From NCBI GenBank assembly GCA_963663965.2, contig CAXXFK010000038.1, positions 51,958 to 115,957 on the forward strand: DNA of 64,000 bases, written 5' to 3'. The notes below the pieces were generated by a model. It did no database searches. It saw only the letters and a program-made list of their open reading frames with translations, and was not told the origin of the DNA. Below are positions 1-8,922 of the stretch, in pieces. Within the stretch, counting starts at the first letter, position 1; each line of letters begins with the position of its first letter. A program made the position numbers and the translations under genes. The stretch comes from Sedimentisphaerales bacterium. Its GTDB lineage: Bacteria; Planctomycetota; Phycisphaerae; Sedimentisphaerales; SM23-30.

Positions 1-120
1 TTACCATGAAGTTCTTGAAGGGCATGAAGGAGGGAAGAAGAGATTTGAAATTTGAGACATCCAAATTATATGGCAACCAGATTTCATACGAAGCCGCTGA
101 GATAGTAAAGTCAATGAATT
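1..120 (+). repeat. Dispersed intergenic repeat A, copy 1 (copies at about 2122-2233 and, core only, 3083-3120)
   Basis: catgaagttcttgaaggg...gagatttgaaatttgaga...tttcatacgaagccg aligns with catgaagtttttgaaggg...gagatttgaaatttgaga...tttcctgcgaagccg at 2122-2233. Confidence 0.75.
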
Positions 121-163
121 AATTGTGTGGATGTTGCCGGATAAAAACAAAGTTAGCGATACC

Positions 164-1081
164 ATGGCGAAGTTATTTAATAAAAAATTACGAATCATCA
201 CAATAGCTATCATTATGATTATATTTTTGATCTATAACCGTTATCAAAGCGCTAAAGTCGAGTTGGTGAATGTATTGAGTCATATGCCCGGTTCCATTTA
301 TTATATCAATGGGAAAGTTGACTATTTAGATAAGAATTCCATTGAATGGGTTTTTAAATGCGATACCGGATGGATTGATGAACCAGACGAGGCATGTATT
401 GAGGATGGATTCTTATATTATGAAGAATCAGGAGATCTCTGCCAGTTCGAAATTGAAACCAGTGAAATTCGACGCTATTCATTGGGAGCGGCTATCTGTT
501 CCCATGGTTTTTCGGTATCTCCGGATCAAAATATAGTTGCTTATGTTAGTTATCAAAACACAGACCTGCAAGGCTGTTATCTTAATATATTCAATATGAA
601 AACCAGTACCAATACCGTATTGTATGATAGTGCACATCTGATTACCGCTTTAGTATGGAATTTGTCTGGTGATCATGAGCTATATTTTACAGAAAATGGC
701 ACTATCAAAAAGATTAATATCGATCAGTTCGATATAGTAGAAAAGGTGGTGTCAATATCATCAGAAGATTGCTATTGTTCATTAGCAAATGGGGACGAAA
801 TGATTTACTGGTACATCGATTATTATGGAGCTACGCATGTCTATCAGAAAAACGTATCCAGTGACGAAGTGAATGAGATATTCAATCTGGATATGCCTGT
901 CGAAGCCATTGATTGGGATAGTAACGCAAGGCATGCTTTATTGGTAGCGTTAGAGCCAAGTTCAGGATTGATGGGGGTATTCTGTCACGAAAGTTCCGTA
1001 TATTTTTACGATAGAGAATCCAATAAGAAGTATCGTTTACCATCTATCAAAGGATGTTCCGGTTTTGCGTTAATTGATTGA
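164..1081 (+). CDS. Membrane-anchored hypothetical protein, probable TolB/WD40-like beta-propeller
   Basis: ORF 125..1081, more likely ATG at 164. N-terminal hydrophobic stretch (IITIAIIMIIFLIY) and blade-like motifs FSVSPDQNIVAY, LVWNLSGDHELYF, IDWDSNARHALL. Confidence 0.6.
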   Translation: MAKLFNKKLRIITIAIIMIIFLIYNRYQSAKVELVNVLSHMPGSIYYINGKVDYLDKNSIEWVFKCDTGWIDEPDEACIEDGFLYYEESGDLCQFEIETSEIRRYSLGAAICSHGFSVSPDQNIVAYVSYQNTDLQGCYLNIFNMKTSTNTVLYDSAHLITALVWNLSGDHELYFTENGTIKKINIDQFDIVEKVVSISSEDCYCSLANGDEMIYWYIDYYGATHVYQKNVSSDEVNEIFNLDMPVEAIDWDSNARHALLVALEPSSGLMGVFCHESSVYFYDRESNKKYRLPSIKGCSGFALID

Positions 1082-1408
1082 ATATAAGTGATTGTCTGTG
1101 TAATTGATCTAATATATGTAGGCAGGGAATAGATAGAAATGGGAGGATGGATTCAGGTTGACGGTGAGTGCAGGTAGGGTATAATGGGGGAAGTGCTTGT
1201 TTGGAACGTTTGATCTGGTTTGAGTGGCTGATTATGGAAAGAGTATTCGATATGGAGATAATGGCGATTGAAGGGATGTTGACGGATGGGGTGTTCGGGT
1301 TTGTAATTACTGTTGATGGTGATGTGAAAAAACTGCATGAGCGGCTTTGGCTTTTACGTGACAGGTGTTATTGCCAATATTAAAACTGAATCAATTCAGG
1401 ATTGAAAG

Positions 1409-1789
1409 ATGAACAAGACTATGCTGGTAATATCGTCGATGTTATTTGTGTTTTTATCTGGTTGCATGAACTGTGAATGTAATATGGATCGATATATCAA
1501 TGCCGCTCGAGAACATGAAACAGCTTTCAAAGCATACATCTTTTACGTTTTGCCTGAAAATGAATGGGCTTTAGAAAAATCATTGTTTTTGGCAAGAAGT
1601 AAAATTGAGATGAAGGGGCTATTAGAATTTTTACAGAACACTCCAAGTGACAGTTACCGAGTGGTTCGTGGTTATCACCCAGATTGTTTAGAGTTAAAGC
1701 CGAATACGATATGGGTTGATGGAGAATGGTGGTATTTTGTTGATAAAAAGACATATAAAATTATTTATGATTGTCAAGGATTCATTTGA
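1409..1789 (+). CDS. Hypothetical lipoprotein
   Basis: 126 aa, signal peptide with lipobox (MNKTMLVISSMLFVFLSG-C). Confidence 0.7.
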   Translation: MNKTMLVISSMLFVFLSGCMNCECNMDRYINAAREHETAFKAYIFYVLPENEWALEKSLFLARSKIEMKGLLEFLQNTPSDSYRVVRGYHPDCLELKPNTIWVDGEWWYFVDKKTYKIIYDCQGFI

Positions 1790-1837
1790 ATGTTGAGAGT
1801 ATCCCGTTATGGGGAGTATGATAATGGTATGGTTAAT

Positions 1838-1881
1838 GTGATGGCTTGTTATGGAATGTTGGGTGGTGACTGGCTGATGCC
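1838..1881 (+). repeat. Dispersed intergenic repeat B, copy 1 (copy 2 at 3453-3496)
   Basis: gtgatggcttgttatggaatgttgggtggtgactggctgatgcc vs gtgatggtttgttatgggataatgggtgctgactggctgatgtc: 38/44 identical by hand alignment. Both lie just after a gene end. Confidence 0.75.
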
Positions 1882-1956
1882 GAGGTGGTTGCGGTGGCGG
1901 TAGAGTCGTCAATGTTAAATCACGAAGGGGGCCGGAGGAATAATATAAATCAGTTT

Positions 1957-2104
1957 CACCACAGAGATACAGAGGGCTCAGAGGAAAGGCAGTGAAAACC
2001 GCTTGGGTGGAGTTCGCCCTGCGTGATTGAAACGGCAGAATGATATTAAGGTTTATTTTGAACCGCAGATCCCGATGTGCATCGGGACAGATGGACGCAG
2101 ATAA
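1957..2104. repeat. Short intergenic micro-repeats and a palindrome
   Basis: caccacagagatacagagggctcagagg (cagag x3, 9-bp period); aaccgcagat...cagatggacgcagat interrupted by the inverted repeat tcccgatg-tg-catcggga (2070-2087). Confidence 0.55.
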
Positions 2105-2121
2105 AGAAAAGGGGGGAATTT

Positions 2122-2233
2122 TTAACATGAAGTTTTTGAAGGGGGGGAAGGGATTTGAGATTTGAAATTTGAGATCTTAGAAAAATATGACAATCGAGTT
2201 TCCTGCGAAGCCGTGAAGTTACAAAAGTGAATA
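2122..2233 (+). repeat. Dispersed intergenic repeat A, copy 2
   Basis: Alignment with 1-120 and 3083-3120. Confidence 0.75.
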
Positions 2234-2291
2234 TCAGAAAACCACGTGGGGGGAGTCCAGCCTGCGTGACTGGATGGGAGTCTTGTATAAT

Positions 2292-2651
2292 ATGAATAAA
2301 ATGAAGATACTGATTATTATGGTTTCTATGTTGATTCAAGCTGGGTGTGCTTTAAATAGACCGGTTACGATACAGGTTACAAATGAGGCAGGCATGCCCA
2401 TAGAAAATGTCAGGATATATGCCGATGTTCAGAGAAAAGTTGGATTGATATATTCAAAATTATTGATCCATGTCGAAGGCATTACCCAGAAAAATGGGGA
2501 AGTGACATTATTAATGCCAAGAGGTAAATATAATGGTTTTATCTTTGCTACTCACCCCTCTTTTAGTGATCCCAGATATGGACCATTCAATGATGGGTGG
2601 TTCAATAATGATTTCGCTGAGTTTTCGGTGAGTCTGGAGGGTGTGAAATGA
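2292..2651 (+). CDS. Hypothetical lipoprotein, carboxypeptidase-regulatory/transthyretin-like beta-sandwich
   Basis: Lipobox IQAG-C; pattern VTIQVTNEAGMPIENVRI...GITQKNGEVTL typical of this fold. Start moved to ATG 2292. Confidence 0.65.
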   Translation: MNKMKILIIMVSMLIQAGCALNRPVTIQVTNEAGMPIENVRIYADVQRKVGLIYSKLLIHVEGITQKNGEVTLLMPRGKYNGFIFATHPSFSDPRYGPFNDGWFNNDFAEFSVSLEGVK

Positions 2652-3058
2652 AAAAGTATGTCTTTATTACACAAAGCTTAATGATCATTATACTTGGAGG
2701 GTGTAATATTGGCGGTTATGGATTCAAATTACCGAGTGGTGGCAATTTTAAGTTATTAGATCAAGAGAGTGGAAAGCCGATAACCGGCGCCATGTTTTAT
2801 AGCTGGGATTACTTGTATGAGCCCGCTGCGGCCATGCCCCTGGGAAATTGTGGTCTTATGGTTCCAGCCGTATTTGATTATAGAGATGATAATTATTACA
2901 GCATTAAAATGTTCAAAAATACTCCAGGAGTTGTTTATATCATGGTCGGGCCTGAGCATATTGAAAAACAGGAGGTCAGCAAAATTGTTCCATTTTACTC
3001 ATCTGATTTTAAGGATGGAACCTTAGTGATTTATTTGACAAAAGAGGAACAGGAATAG
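2648..3058 (+). CDS. Hypothetical lipoprotein
   Basis: Lipobox ILGG-C; ATGA overlap with previous gene; LLDQESGKPITGA motif resembles its neighbour's fold. Confidence 0.65.
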   Translation: MKKYVFITQSLMIIILGGCNIGGYGFKLPSGGNFKLLDQESGKPITGAMFYSWDYLYEPAAAMPLGNCGLMVPAVFDYRDDNYYSIKMFKNTPGVVYIMVGPEHIEKQEVSKIVPFYSSDFKDGTLVIYLTKEEQE

Positions 3059-3082
3059 GAGCGTACAGACTTGATGAGCCGG

Positions 3083-3120
3083 GGTTTCGTGCGAAGCCGC
3101 AAAGTTATAAAAGTGAATAG
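3083..3120 (+). repeat. Dispersed intergenic repeat A, core copy 3
   Basis: gtttcgtgcgaagccgcaaagttataaaagtgaata matches gtttcctgcgaagccgtgaagttacaaaagtgaata (2198-2233). Confidence 0.7.
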
Positions 3121-3456
3121 ATGAACCTGCGAGACATTTTTGCAGTTGCTGTTATGGATATAATATTATTATTCTCAATACTCATCTGTTTTATTGTTAA
3201 TCAGATTTTATCATATAAATTTGGTGACTATTTGTATAAACACCATTATCATGCATGGGATAAGATGACAAAAGTACCTGGAGGAATGCGATGGGAATGT
3301 AATCGTTTCACTTTTTTTGATGAATTATTTAGTGATGTATACTACGGAGATCCTGAACTACCAAATAAAAAAAGGAGGTTACGGGTAACAATAGGATTAC
3401 ATTTTTTTTTCAATAATTGCGTTTGTTGTATACCTGATATTATCTGGTTAAAGTGA
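3121..3456 (+). CDS. Small hypothetical membrane protein
   Basis: 111 aa with an N-terminal TM helix. A T-run near 3402-3410 may hide a frameshift in a second TM helix. Confidence 0.55.
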   Translation: MNLRDIFAVAVMDIILLFSILICFIVNQILSYKFGDYLYKHHYHAWDKMTKVPGGMRWECNRFTFFDELFSDVYYGDPELPNKKRRLRVTIGLHFFFNNCVCCIPDIIWLK

Positions 3457-3517
3457 TGGTTTGTTATGGGATAATGGGTGCTGACTGGCTGATGTCTATG
3501 ATGGATAAGGCAAACGT

Positions 3518-4057
3518 ATGAGTCAAAATCTGATCATTTTGTGTCTGACCGGTGTGGTGTGTCTGGGAGTGGGTCTGGTGGCGGGATCTTTTTTTGCGGG
3601 GCGGTATGGTCATACGGTAACGGAAGAGATGCCTGGGTTGATCCGGCAGTTGCTGCAAACGGGCTATTATGATCTGCCCTGTGGGGGCGGGCCGTTATTT
3701 ACCCCGGATCAGGCGGAAGAAGACGGGGCGCTCAAATATGGCGCAGTACGATACCGGTATTTGAATCTGGCGCTGCTTTATGACCCATTCGTTATTGCCG
3801 AGGCGCCGGATGAGGCCGGACGGGTGGCGTATGCGGTGTTGTATCGCATGGCGGATTTACCTTTTCTGGATGAACTGATCCGGTTGAGGATGCAGTTGAA
3901 CCCTGATCTGGCCGGTACGGATGGATCGATACAGAAGTATCCGCTGGATACCTTGATTCAATTAATCGCGCATAAACTGAAATGCGGTTGCCCGGAAGGT
4001 ATGGTTCCGATGGATGCCAAAGAGATGGATGATCTGATCTGCCGGTGGATGTGTTAA
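3518..4057 (+). CDS. Hypothetical membrane-anchored protein
   Basis: 179 aa ORF, N-terminal hydrophobic helix, host-like higher GC. Confidence 0.6.
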   Translation: MSQNLIILCLTGVVCLGVGLVAGSFFAGRYGHTVTEEMPGLIRQLLQTGYYDLPCGGGPLFTPDQAEEDGALKYGAVRYRYLNLALLYDPFVIAEAPDEAGRVAYAVLYRMADLPFLDELIRLRMQLNPDLAGTDGSIQKYPLDTLIQLIAHKLKCGCPEGMVPMDAKEMDDLICRWMC

Positions 4058-4088
4058 GAGTGGTAAATCTTATTCAAACAGGCACTAA

Positions 4089-4267
4089 GGGACCGTCAAT
4101 AAATAAATACTGCATTTCTCATCCCATCTTGCCGCCATCTTCAGCCGCTTCTCAATCGCAAAATCCTCGACATAGAACAGCACTGCCTGCGGCTTTGCTC
4201 AATCGGCGCGACTGAATCTGACGACAAGCTGGGCGATAAATTGCAGCATTTATTTATTTACAGCCCC
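4089..4267. mobile_element. 179-bp MITE-like element
   Basis: Imperfect terminal inverted repeats GGGACCGTCAATAAATAAATACTGCA and (reverse complement of right end) GGGGCTGTAAATAAATAAATGCTGCA; TAA on both flanks (4086-4088, 4268-4270); internal arms also complementary; no transposase ORF. Confidence 0.75.
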
Positions 4268-4497
4268 TAATAAAACAAGAGAATGACGGATAGGAGTACA
4301 AATATCCCCCGTTTTTGTGCCTTGCCCTGGAAAACATTCCCTGAATTCTCCTCTAAAGCTATTTTTGGAGGTACTTTACATCTATTAGACCATTGCCGTT
4401 ATGAATTTGGCTTGACAGTGGGCGTAATGAGAGGTACTAATATAATTATCTATATTATAAGGAGTTGTCACAGTATGTCCGGAGAGAGGACTTTGAA

Positions 4498-5910
4498 ATG
4501 AATTCGTTGGAAAAATATGACCGGCTGGCGAAGAAGTTTCGGTGGAAACTGGGATTGATCCTGTATTTCAGGCAGTTCCTGGGCTGGGCCGCAGTGGTGA
4601 TGTTTCTTTGGGGTGTGGTCGTACTGGTTTTAAAGGGATTGAGCCTGGATACTCTTTGGTATCAGATAGTACCGGGTACGGCGTTGATCGCGCCGGTGGT
4701 GATATCGCTGGTGTGGATGTTGCGATCGCTGCCGGATCCGGCCAGGATTAAAGCCATGCTGGATCTGCGGGTGGCGGGTGGCGGATTGATTACCGCTTCA
4801 GATGAGATCGATATTCAGCAGTGGATGGATCGGATTCCCAATGAACGGTCGCCCCGGCTCTCGTGGCGCGGGGGACGGGTCCTGACGCCGTTTATCCTGT
4901 CGATCGTTTTTCTGGGAGTGGCTTTTGCGATTCCTGCCCGGTTAATCGCCGCGGCGCCGAACCGGCTGGATATCGGGGAAGAACTGGATCAGTTCAATCA
5001 GCAGTTGGCGGTGCTGGAAGAAGAGCAGATCCTGGATGAAGAGCAACTCCAGGAGTATCGCAAGGATATTGCTGATTTGGATAAGAAAGCGGCCGCCGGC
5101 GATTCAGGCGGAATGTGGGAGGCGATGGATCATCTGGATAATTCGCTGGAGAAGGTGGCGGAAAAGGAAGCGCTGGATATGCTCAAGGAGTTGCGGCAGA
5201 ATCGCCTGGCGCAGGAACTGGCCCAGGCTTTGAATCAGAACCAGGATCAACTGCCGGCGGGAGCGCTGGACGCGGCGGTTGAGCAATTGAGCCAGTTGGC
5301 GACAGGCAGTGTGCCGCCGGAGGCGCTGGAAGAGGCCGGTATTTCTCCTGAGGCATGGAAAGAACTGCTGGCAAAGATCCAATCGGGGCAGTTGAGTGAG
5401 GGGGAATGTACCCAGATGCAGCAGATTCTTGGTCAGTGCGGCCAGTGCCAGGGGGGGAAGATCGGACGGCTGGTGGACGCGCGGCTGCTGGATGGCAAAT
5501 TTATGAAACTATGTGAAAAGGCGGGGGAATGTGATCCGGAGGCTTTGCTGGCGTATTTGTCGCAGTGCGAGGGAATGACACCCGGTGACTGTCAGGCCTT
5601 GTGTCAATTACCCGGCAAAGGCGGCGTGACGCGGGGGCGGGGTGACGCGGCGCTGACCTGGAAAGATGAAACCCAGACGGCAGATATGGGCTTTAAGGAA
5701 GCGGTTTTGCCACCCGGATCGCTGGCTTCATTGCGTGACAGTCAGATCCAGGGTGTTTCGATCGGGGATCCGGGTACGGAAGAGCCCCTGGGGCCGTCCG
5801 GCAGCGGCGCGCTGGCCGGGGCGAGCGCCACGGGCGGGACCGCCCGAACTCACACGGTGCTGCCGGTCCACCGAAATTCCGTGAACAATTATTTTAACCG
5901 GAATAAATGA
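4498..5910 (+). CDS. Membrane protein with coiled-coil and Cys/Gly-rich tail, first gene of MoxR cluster
   Basis: Three N-terminal TM segments, long Q/E-rich helical region, C-terminal GKGGVTRGRGDA...VLPPG...VNNYF. ATG 4498 follows GGAGAGAGG. Confidence 0.75.
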   Translation: MNSLEKYDRLAKKFRWKLGLILYFRQFLGWAAVVMFLWGVVVLVLKGLSLDTLWYQIVPGTALIAPVVISLVWMLRSLPDPARIKAMLDLRVAGGGLITASDEIDIQQWMDRIPNERSPRLSWRGGRVLTPFILSIVFLGVAFAIPARLIAAAPNRLDIGEELDQFNQQLAVLEEEQILDEEQLQEYRKDIADLDKKAAAGDSGGMWEAMDHLDNSLEKVAEKEALDMLKELRQNRLAQELAQALNQNQDQLPAGALDAAVEQLSQLATGSVPPEALEEAGISPEAWKELLAKIQSGQLSEGECTQMQQILGQCGQCQGGKIGRLVDARLLDGKFMKLCEKAGECDPEALLAYLSQCEGMTPGDCQALCQLPGKGGVTRGRGDAALTWKDETQTADMGFKEAVLPPGSLASLRDSQIQGVSIGDPGTEEPLGPSGSGALAGASATGGTARTHTVLPVHRNSVNNYFNRNK

Positions 5911-6013
5911 TGTTGTGCCGGCGGGATCGGCATAAAGTTTGTAACAAAAAGACATGATTGACGTCTATTCAAAGAGTGTGTTTGTCTACAGGACTTGAAG
6001 CAGGTATGAGATT

Positions 6014-7051
6014 ATGACAGAGAGACAAGAAGGAAAACTGTTAACCGCAGAAGAGATTGAACCGGTCACGCGGATTTTGAATCAAACGCTGGACAGCCTG
6101 AACCATATGCTGTTAGGGCGGCCGGAGTTACATAAGCTTGTCCTGATCGGCGTGATCGCCCGTGGACATATTCTGCTGGAAGGGGTCCCGGGTGTCGGCA
6201 AAACCGCGTTGATTCGGGCCCTGGGCGAAATTCTGCAATTGAAGTTTAACCGGGTTCAGTTTACGCCGGACCTGATGCCGGGGGATATCCTGGGAACGCA
6301 TATCCTGGAAGAGACCGAGCATGGACGCGCGATGCGGTTTGAGCCGGGCGCGGTCTTTTGTAATATTTTACTGGCAGATGAGATCAACCGGGCTTCACCC
6401 AAGACGCAGGCGGCGTTGCTGGAAGCGATGCAGGAACGGAGCGTCACGCTGCTGGGCGAGACCCGGGTGTTGCCAGATCCGTTTTTTGTGCTGGCTTCGC
6501 AGAATCCCATCGAGCAGGAGGGGACCTATCCATTGCCTGAAGCGCAGCTGGACCGTTTCATGTTCAAACTGCAGGTGCTGGGTTCCAGCGCCGAGGTGCT
6601 GGAGCAGATCATTACGATGCGACGGCGGGGTGAGACGCCGGCCAGTCCTTTTCAGATGAGCCGGGATGATCTGTTAAAGGTGTTTGCGGTTATGGAACAG
6701 GTATACCTGCCGCGGGCAGTGGCCCGATATATCGCCCGGTTGTCGGTCGCGACGCATCCGGATGGCGCGGAAGCAACGGAACCGGTCCGTCACTATGTCA
6801 ATTATGGCGCGTCGCCCAGGGCGGCGATCGCGATTGCGGAGGCCGCCCGTGGATACGCCCTGCTTGCGGGCCGGCCCACCGTGGGTTTTGAAGATGTGCG
6901 CGCGGTGGCTGGGGCGGTACTGAACCATCGGATTTTATTAAATTATAATGCCCGGTTCGACAAGGTTGACAGTACTGTTATCATTCAATCGCTGCTGGAG
7001 AGTCTGGATGAGGCGGGTTTGAATTTGCCGGAAGATGTCGGTGTGGCTTAA
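6014..7051 (+). CDS. moxR: MoxR-family AAA+ ATPase
   Basis: Walker A GVPGVGKT, RVQFTPDLMPGD, Walker B LLADEINRA, ASQNPIEQEGTYPLPEAQLDRF. Confidence 0.95.
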   Translation: MTERQEGKLLTAEEIEPVTRILNQTLDSLNHMLLGRPELHKLVLIGVIARGHILLEGVPGVGKTALIRALGEILQLKFNRVQFTPDLMPGDILGTHILEETEHGRAMRFEPGAVFCNILLADEINRASPKTQAALLEAMQERSVTLLGETRVLPDPFFVLASQNPIEQEGTYPLPEAQLDRFMFKLQVLGSSAEVLEQIITMRRRGETPASPFQMSRDDLLKVFAVMEQVYLPRAVARYIARLSVATHPDGAEATEPVRHYVNYGASPRAAIAIAEAARGYALLAGRPTVGFEDVRAVAGAVLNHRILLNYNARFDKVDSTVIIQSLLESLDEAGLNLPEDVGVA

Positions 7052-7107
7052 TCTGATCGAATACCGAGTGAGACGATTTAAGGAGTGAAACCAGCTTGAA
7101 GGAAATT

Positions 7108-8910
7108 ATGAAACGATACATCGTGGCCCTGGCCGTCTTGTTCCTGTTCACCGCGATGCCGGCCGATGGGGCGACCCGGTTGGAGAAAGCGCCGGAAATA
7201 GAGATCGAGGTTAGCGCGCCGCCGGTACAGGATTGTATCGCGTCCGGTTATTATGAATACCGGATTCATATCACCAATACAGATGATCTGCCGCGGCTGG
7301 TTGAGCTTATTTTGAACGCGAGCGGCCATGTCACGCAATTGTCCCGGGTCGTGCAGGTGGAAGGCAAAGGCTCGGTGACGGCTCCGATTTATCTGCCACC
7401 GGTCAGCATGCAAAGTTATGCCATGCAGGTCCGTGTCAACAATCGATATGGTGGTAATGTCGATCTGGGGATCGATCTGATGTCCTATCGAAATGGCGAT
7501 ACCCTGCTGGTCAGCCAGACGTTGGGTCAGTGGGTGTATGACTGGCAGGTGGTGTTCCCGGAGTTTTCGGAGGATAAACATGGGGAACAACAGCGAATTG
7601 ATAATATGCTTATCAAGCGATTTATGCCGATGGTGAAAACCGATCCCATCGAGGCCTGGAGTACCAACTGGCTGGGGTATACAGCCTATGCCGCTGTGGT
7701 GATCAGCTCGGTGGACTATCAGCGGGCCCCGGCGGCGGTGATTTCGGCAATGGAACGGTATATTGAGGCCGGCGGCACCTTGATAGTGGCCGGGGATTTT
7801 CAGCCCGCGGAAGGGTGGTTTGTGCAAGAGGAACCGCAACCGTTCGGGCGGGCGTACTACCGGGGATTCGGGGTTTTGCTGGCGATGACGGAGATGCGGG
7901 CCAACGAGAGTCAGTGGGGTCAACTGGCCGCTTTCTGGGATCGCAGCGCGGCGCCCTTCCGTCATCAGGATGAGATATCACGTTCCACTGCGGGCGGGGG
8001 TATGAATGTGGTGGAGGATAGCCGAATTCCGGTAAACGGCTTGTTTGTGGTCGTACTGATTTTCGCGATCCTGGTGGGACCGCTGAACGCGCTGGTTTTT
8101 GCCCGCAAGGAAAAGCGGATGCGGATCTACTGGACGGTTCCGTTGTTTTCCGTGATTGCCACCGCGGCGATAGTGCTGGTCTCGTTGTTATCGGAAGGGA
8201 TCACCTCAAGTGTCCGAACCGCGGGTGTGGTTTATCTGGACGAGAACAGTCATCGGGCCGCGGTCTTGAGCCGGATAGGTTATTATTGTCCTTTGCCTCC
8301 GGGAAGTCTGGCCTTCAGCAACGATGTCCAGTTAAAATGCGCGGCGCTGGGGGACTCTTGGGATAGCAGTTCCAACCGGCGGATCGATTACAGTGACGGG
8401 CAGCGTTATTTTGGCTGGATTTCGCCCCGGATGCCGGAATATTTTGTCAGCCGGGCCAGTCAATCGTGCCGTGATCGACTGACGGTGCGGTACGATCTGG
8501 CGGGCGGGATTTCGGTGGTGAACGGGCTGGCGGCCGATATCAAGCAACTCTGGCTGGTGACGGCCGATGGTCAGGTTCGCGGCGGGGAGAATCTGGGCGC
8601 GGGACAGGCCGGCGATCTGGCAGTGTTGGATCGAGAAGCGCTAACCGCGATGGATTATCCGATCGACGTTTACGCGTTGTCGAAGATTTACAGCATGAGG
8701 CAGTGGCATACGCTTACGACGAATATTCCCAATCTCTATTTGAACAACTGGCTGACACCGGGTCATTATGTGGCGATATTGCATGATAATCCTTATACCG
8801 AAGTTGGATTTGAAAATTACAAGTCGACGGGTTCGGCATGTGTGGTTTACGGGGTATTGAATCGTGAGGCACTTGAGCCGGGCAACCAGGCGCGGGCAGA
8901 AAACCAATAA
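7108..8910 (+). CDS. Exported membrane protein with class I glutamine-amidotransferase-like domain
   Basis: Signal peptide, segment MERYIEAGGTLIVAG, two TM helices (ILVGPLN...WTVPLFS), a pattern seen in MoxR/ABC clusters. Confidence 0.65.
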   Translation: MKRYIVALAVLFLFTAMPADGATRLEKAPEIEIEVSAPPVQDCIASGYYEYRIHITNTDDLPRLVELILNASGHVTQLSRVVQVEGKGSVTAPIYLPPVSMQSYAMQVRVNNRYGGNVDLGIDLMSYRNGDTLLVSQTLGQWVYDWQVVFPEFSEDKHGEQQRIDNMLIKRFMPMVKTDPIEAWSTNWLGYTAYAAVVISSVDYQRAPAAVISAMERYIEAGGTLIVAGDFQPAEGWFVQEEPQPFGRAYYRGFGVLLAMTEMRANESQWGQLAAFWDRSAAPFRHQDEISRSTAGGGMNVVEDSRIPVNGLFVVVLIFAILVGPLNALVFARKEKRMRIYWTVPLFSVIATAAIVLVSLLSEGITSSVRTAGVVYLDENSHRAAVLSRIGYYCPLPPGSLAFSNDVQLKCAALGDSWDSSSNRRIDYSDGQRYFGWISPRMPEYFVSRASQSCRDRLTVRYDLAGGISVVNGLAADIKQLWLVTADGQVRGGENLGAGQAGDLAVLDREALTAMDYPIDVYALSKIYSMRQWHTLTTNIPNLYLNNWLTPGHYVAILHDNPYTEVGFENYKSTGSACVVYGVLNREALEPGNQARAENQ

Positions 8911-8922
8911 GAGGTCAAACGG

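Noticed and set aside
1168..1383. 71-aa ORF
   Set aside because: GTG start, G/T-skewed spacer-like sequence, no recognisable motif.
1..3500. Integron with attC sites
   Set aside because: Shared motifs lack RYYYAAC...GTTRRRY ends and attC-type dyad symmetry; no integrase in the window.
4283..4501. 72-aa ORF and TTGACA box before the MoxR operon
   Set aside because: ORF has no protein features; TTGACA at 4412 has TATAAT 23 bp away and only TACTAA at 17 bp, too weak to call.
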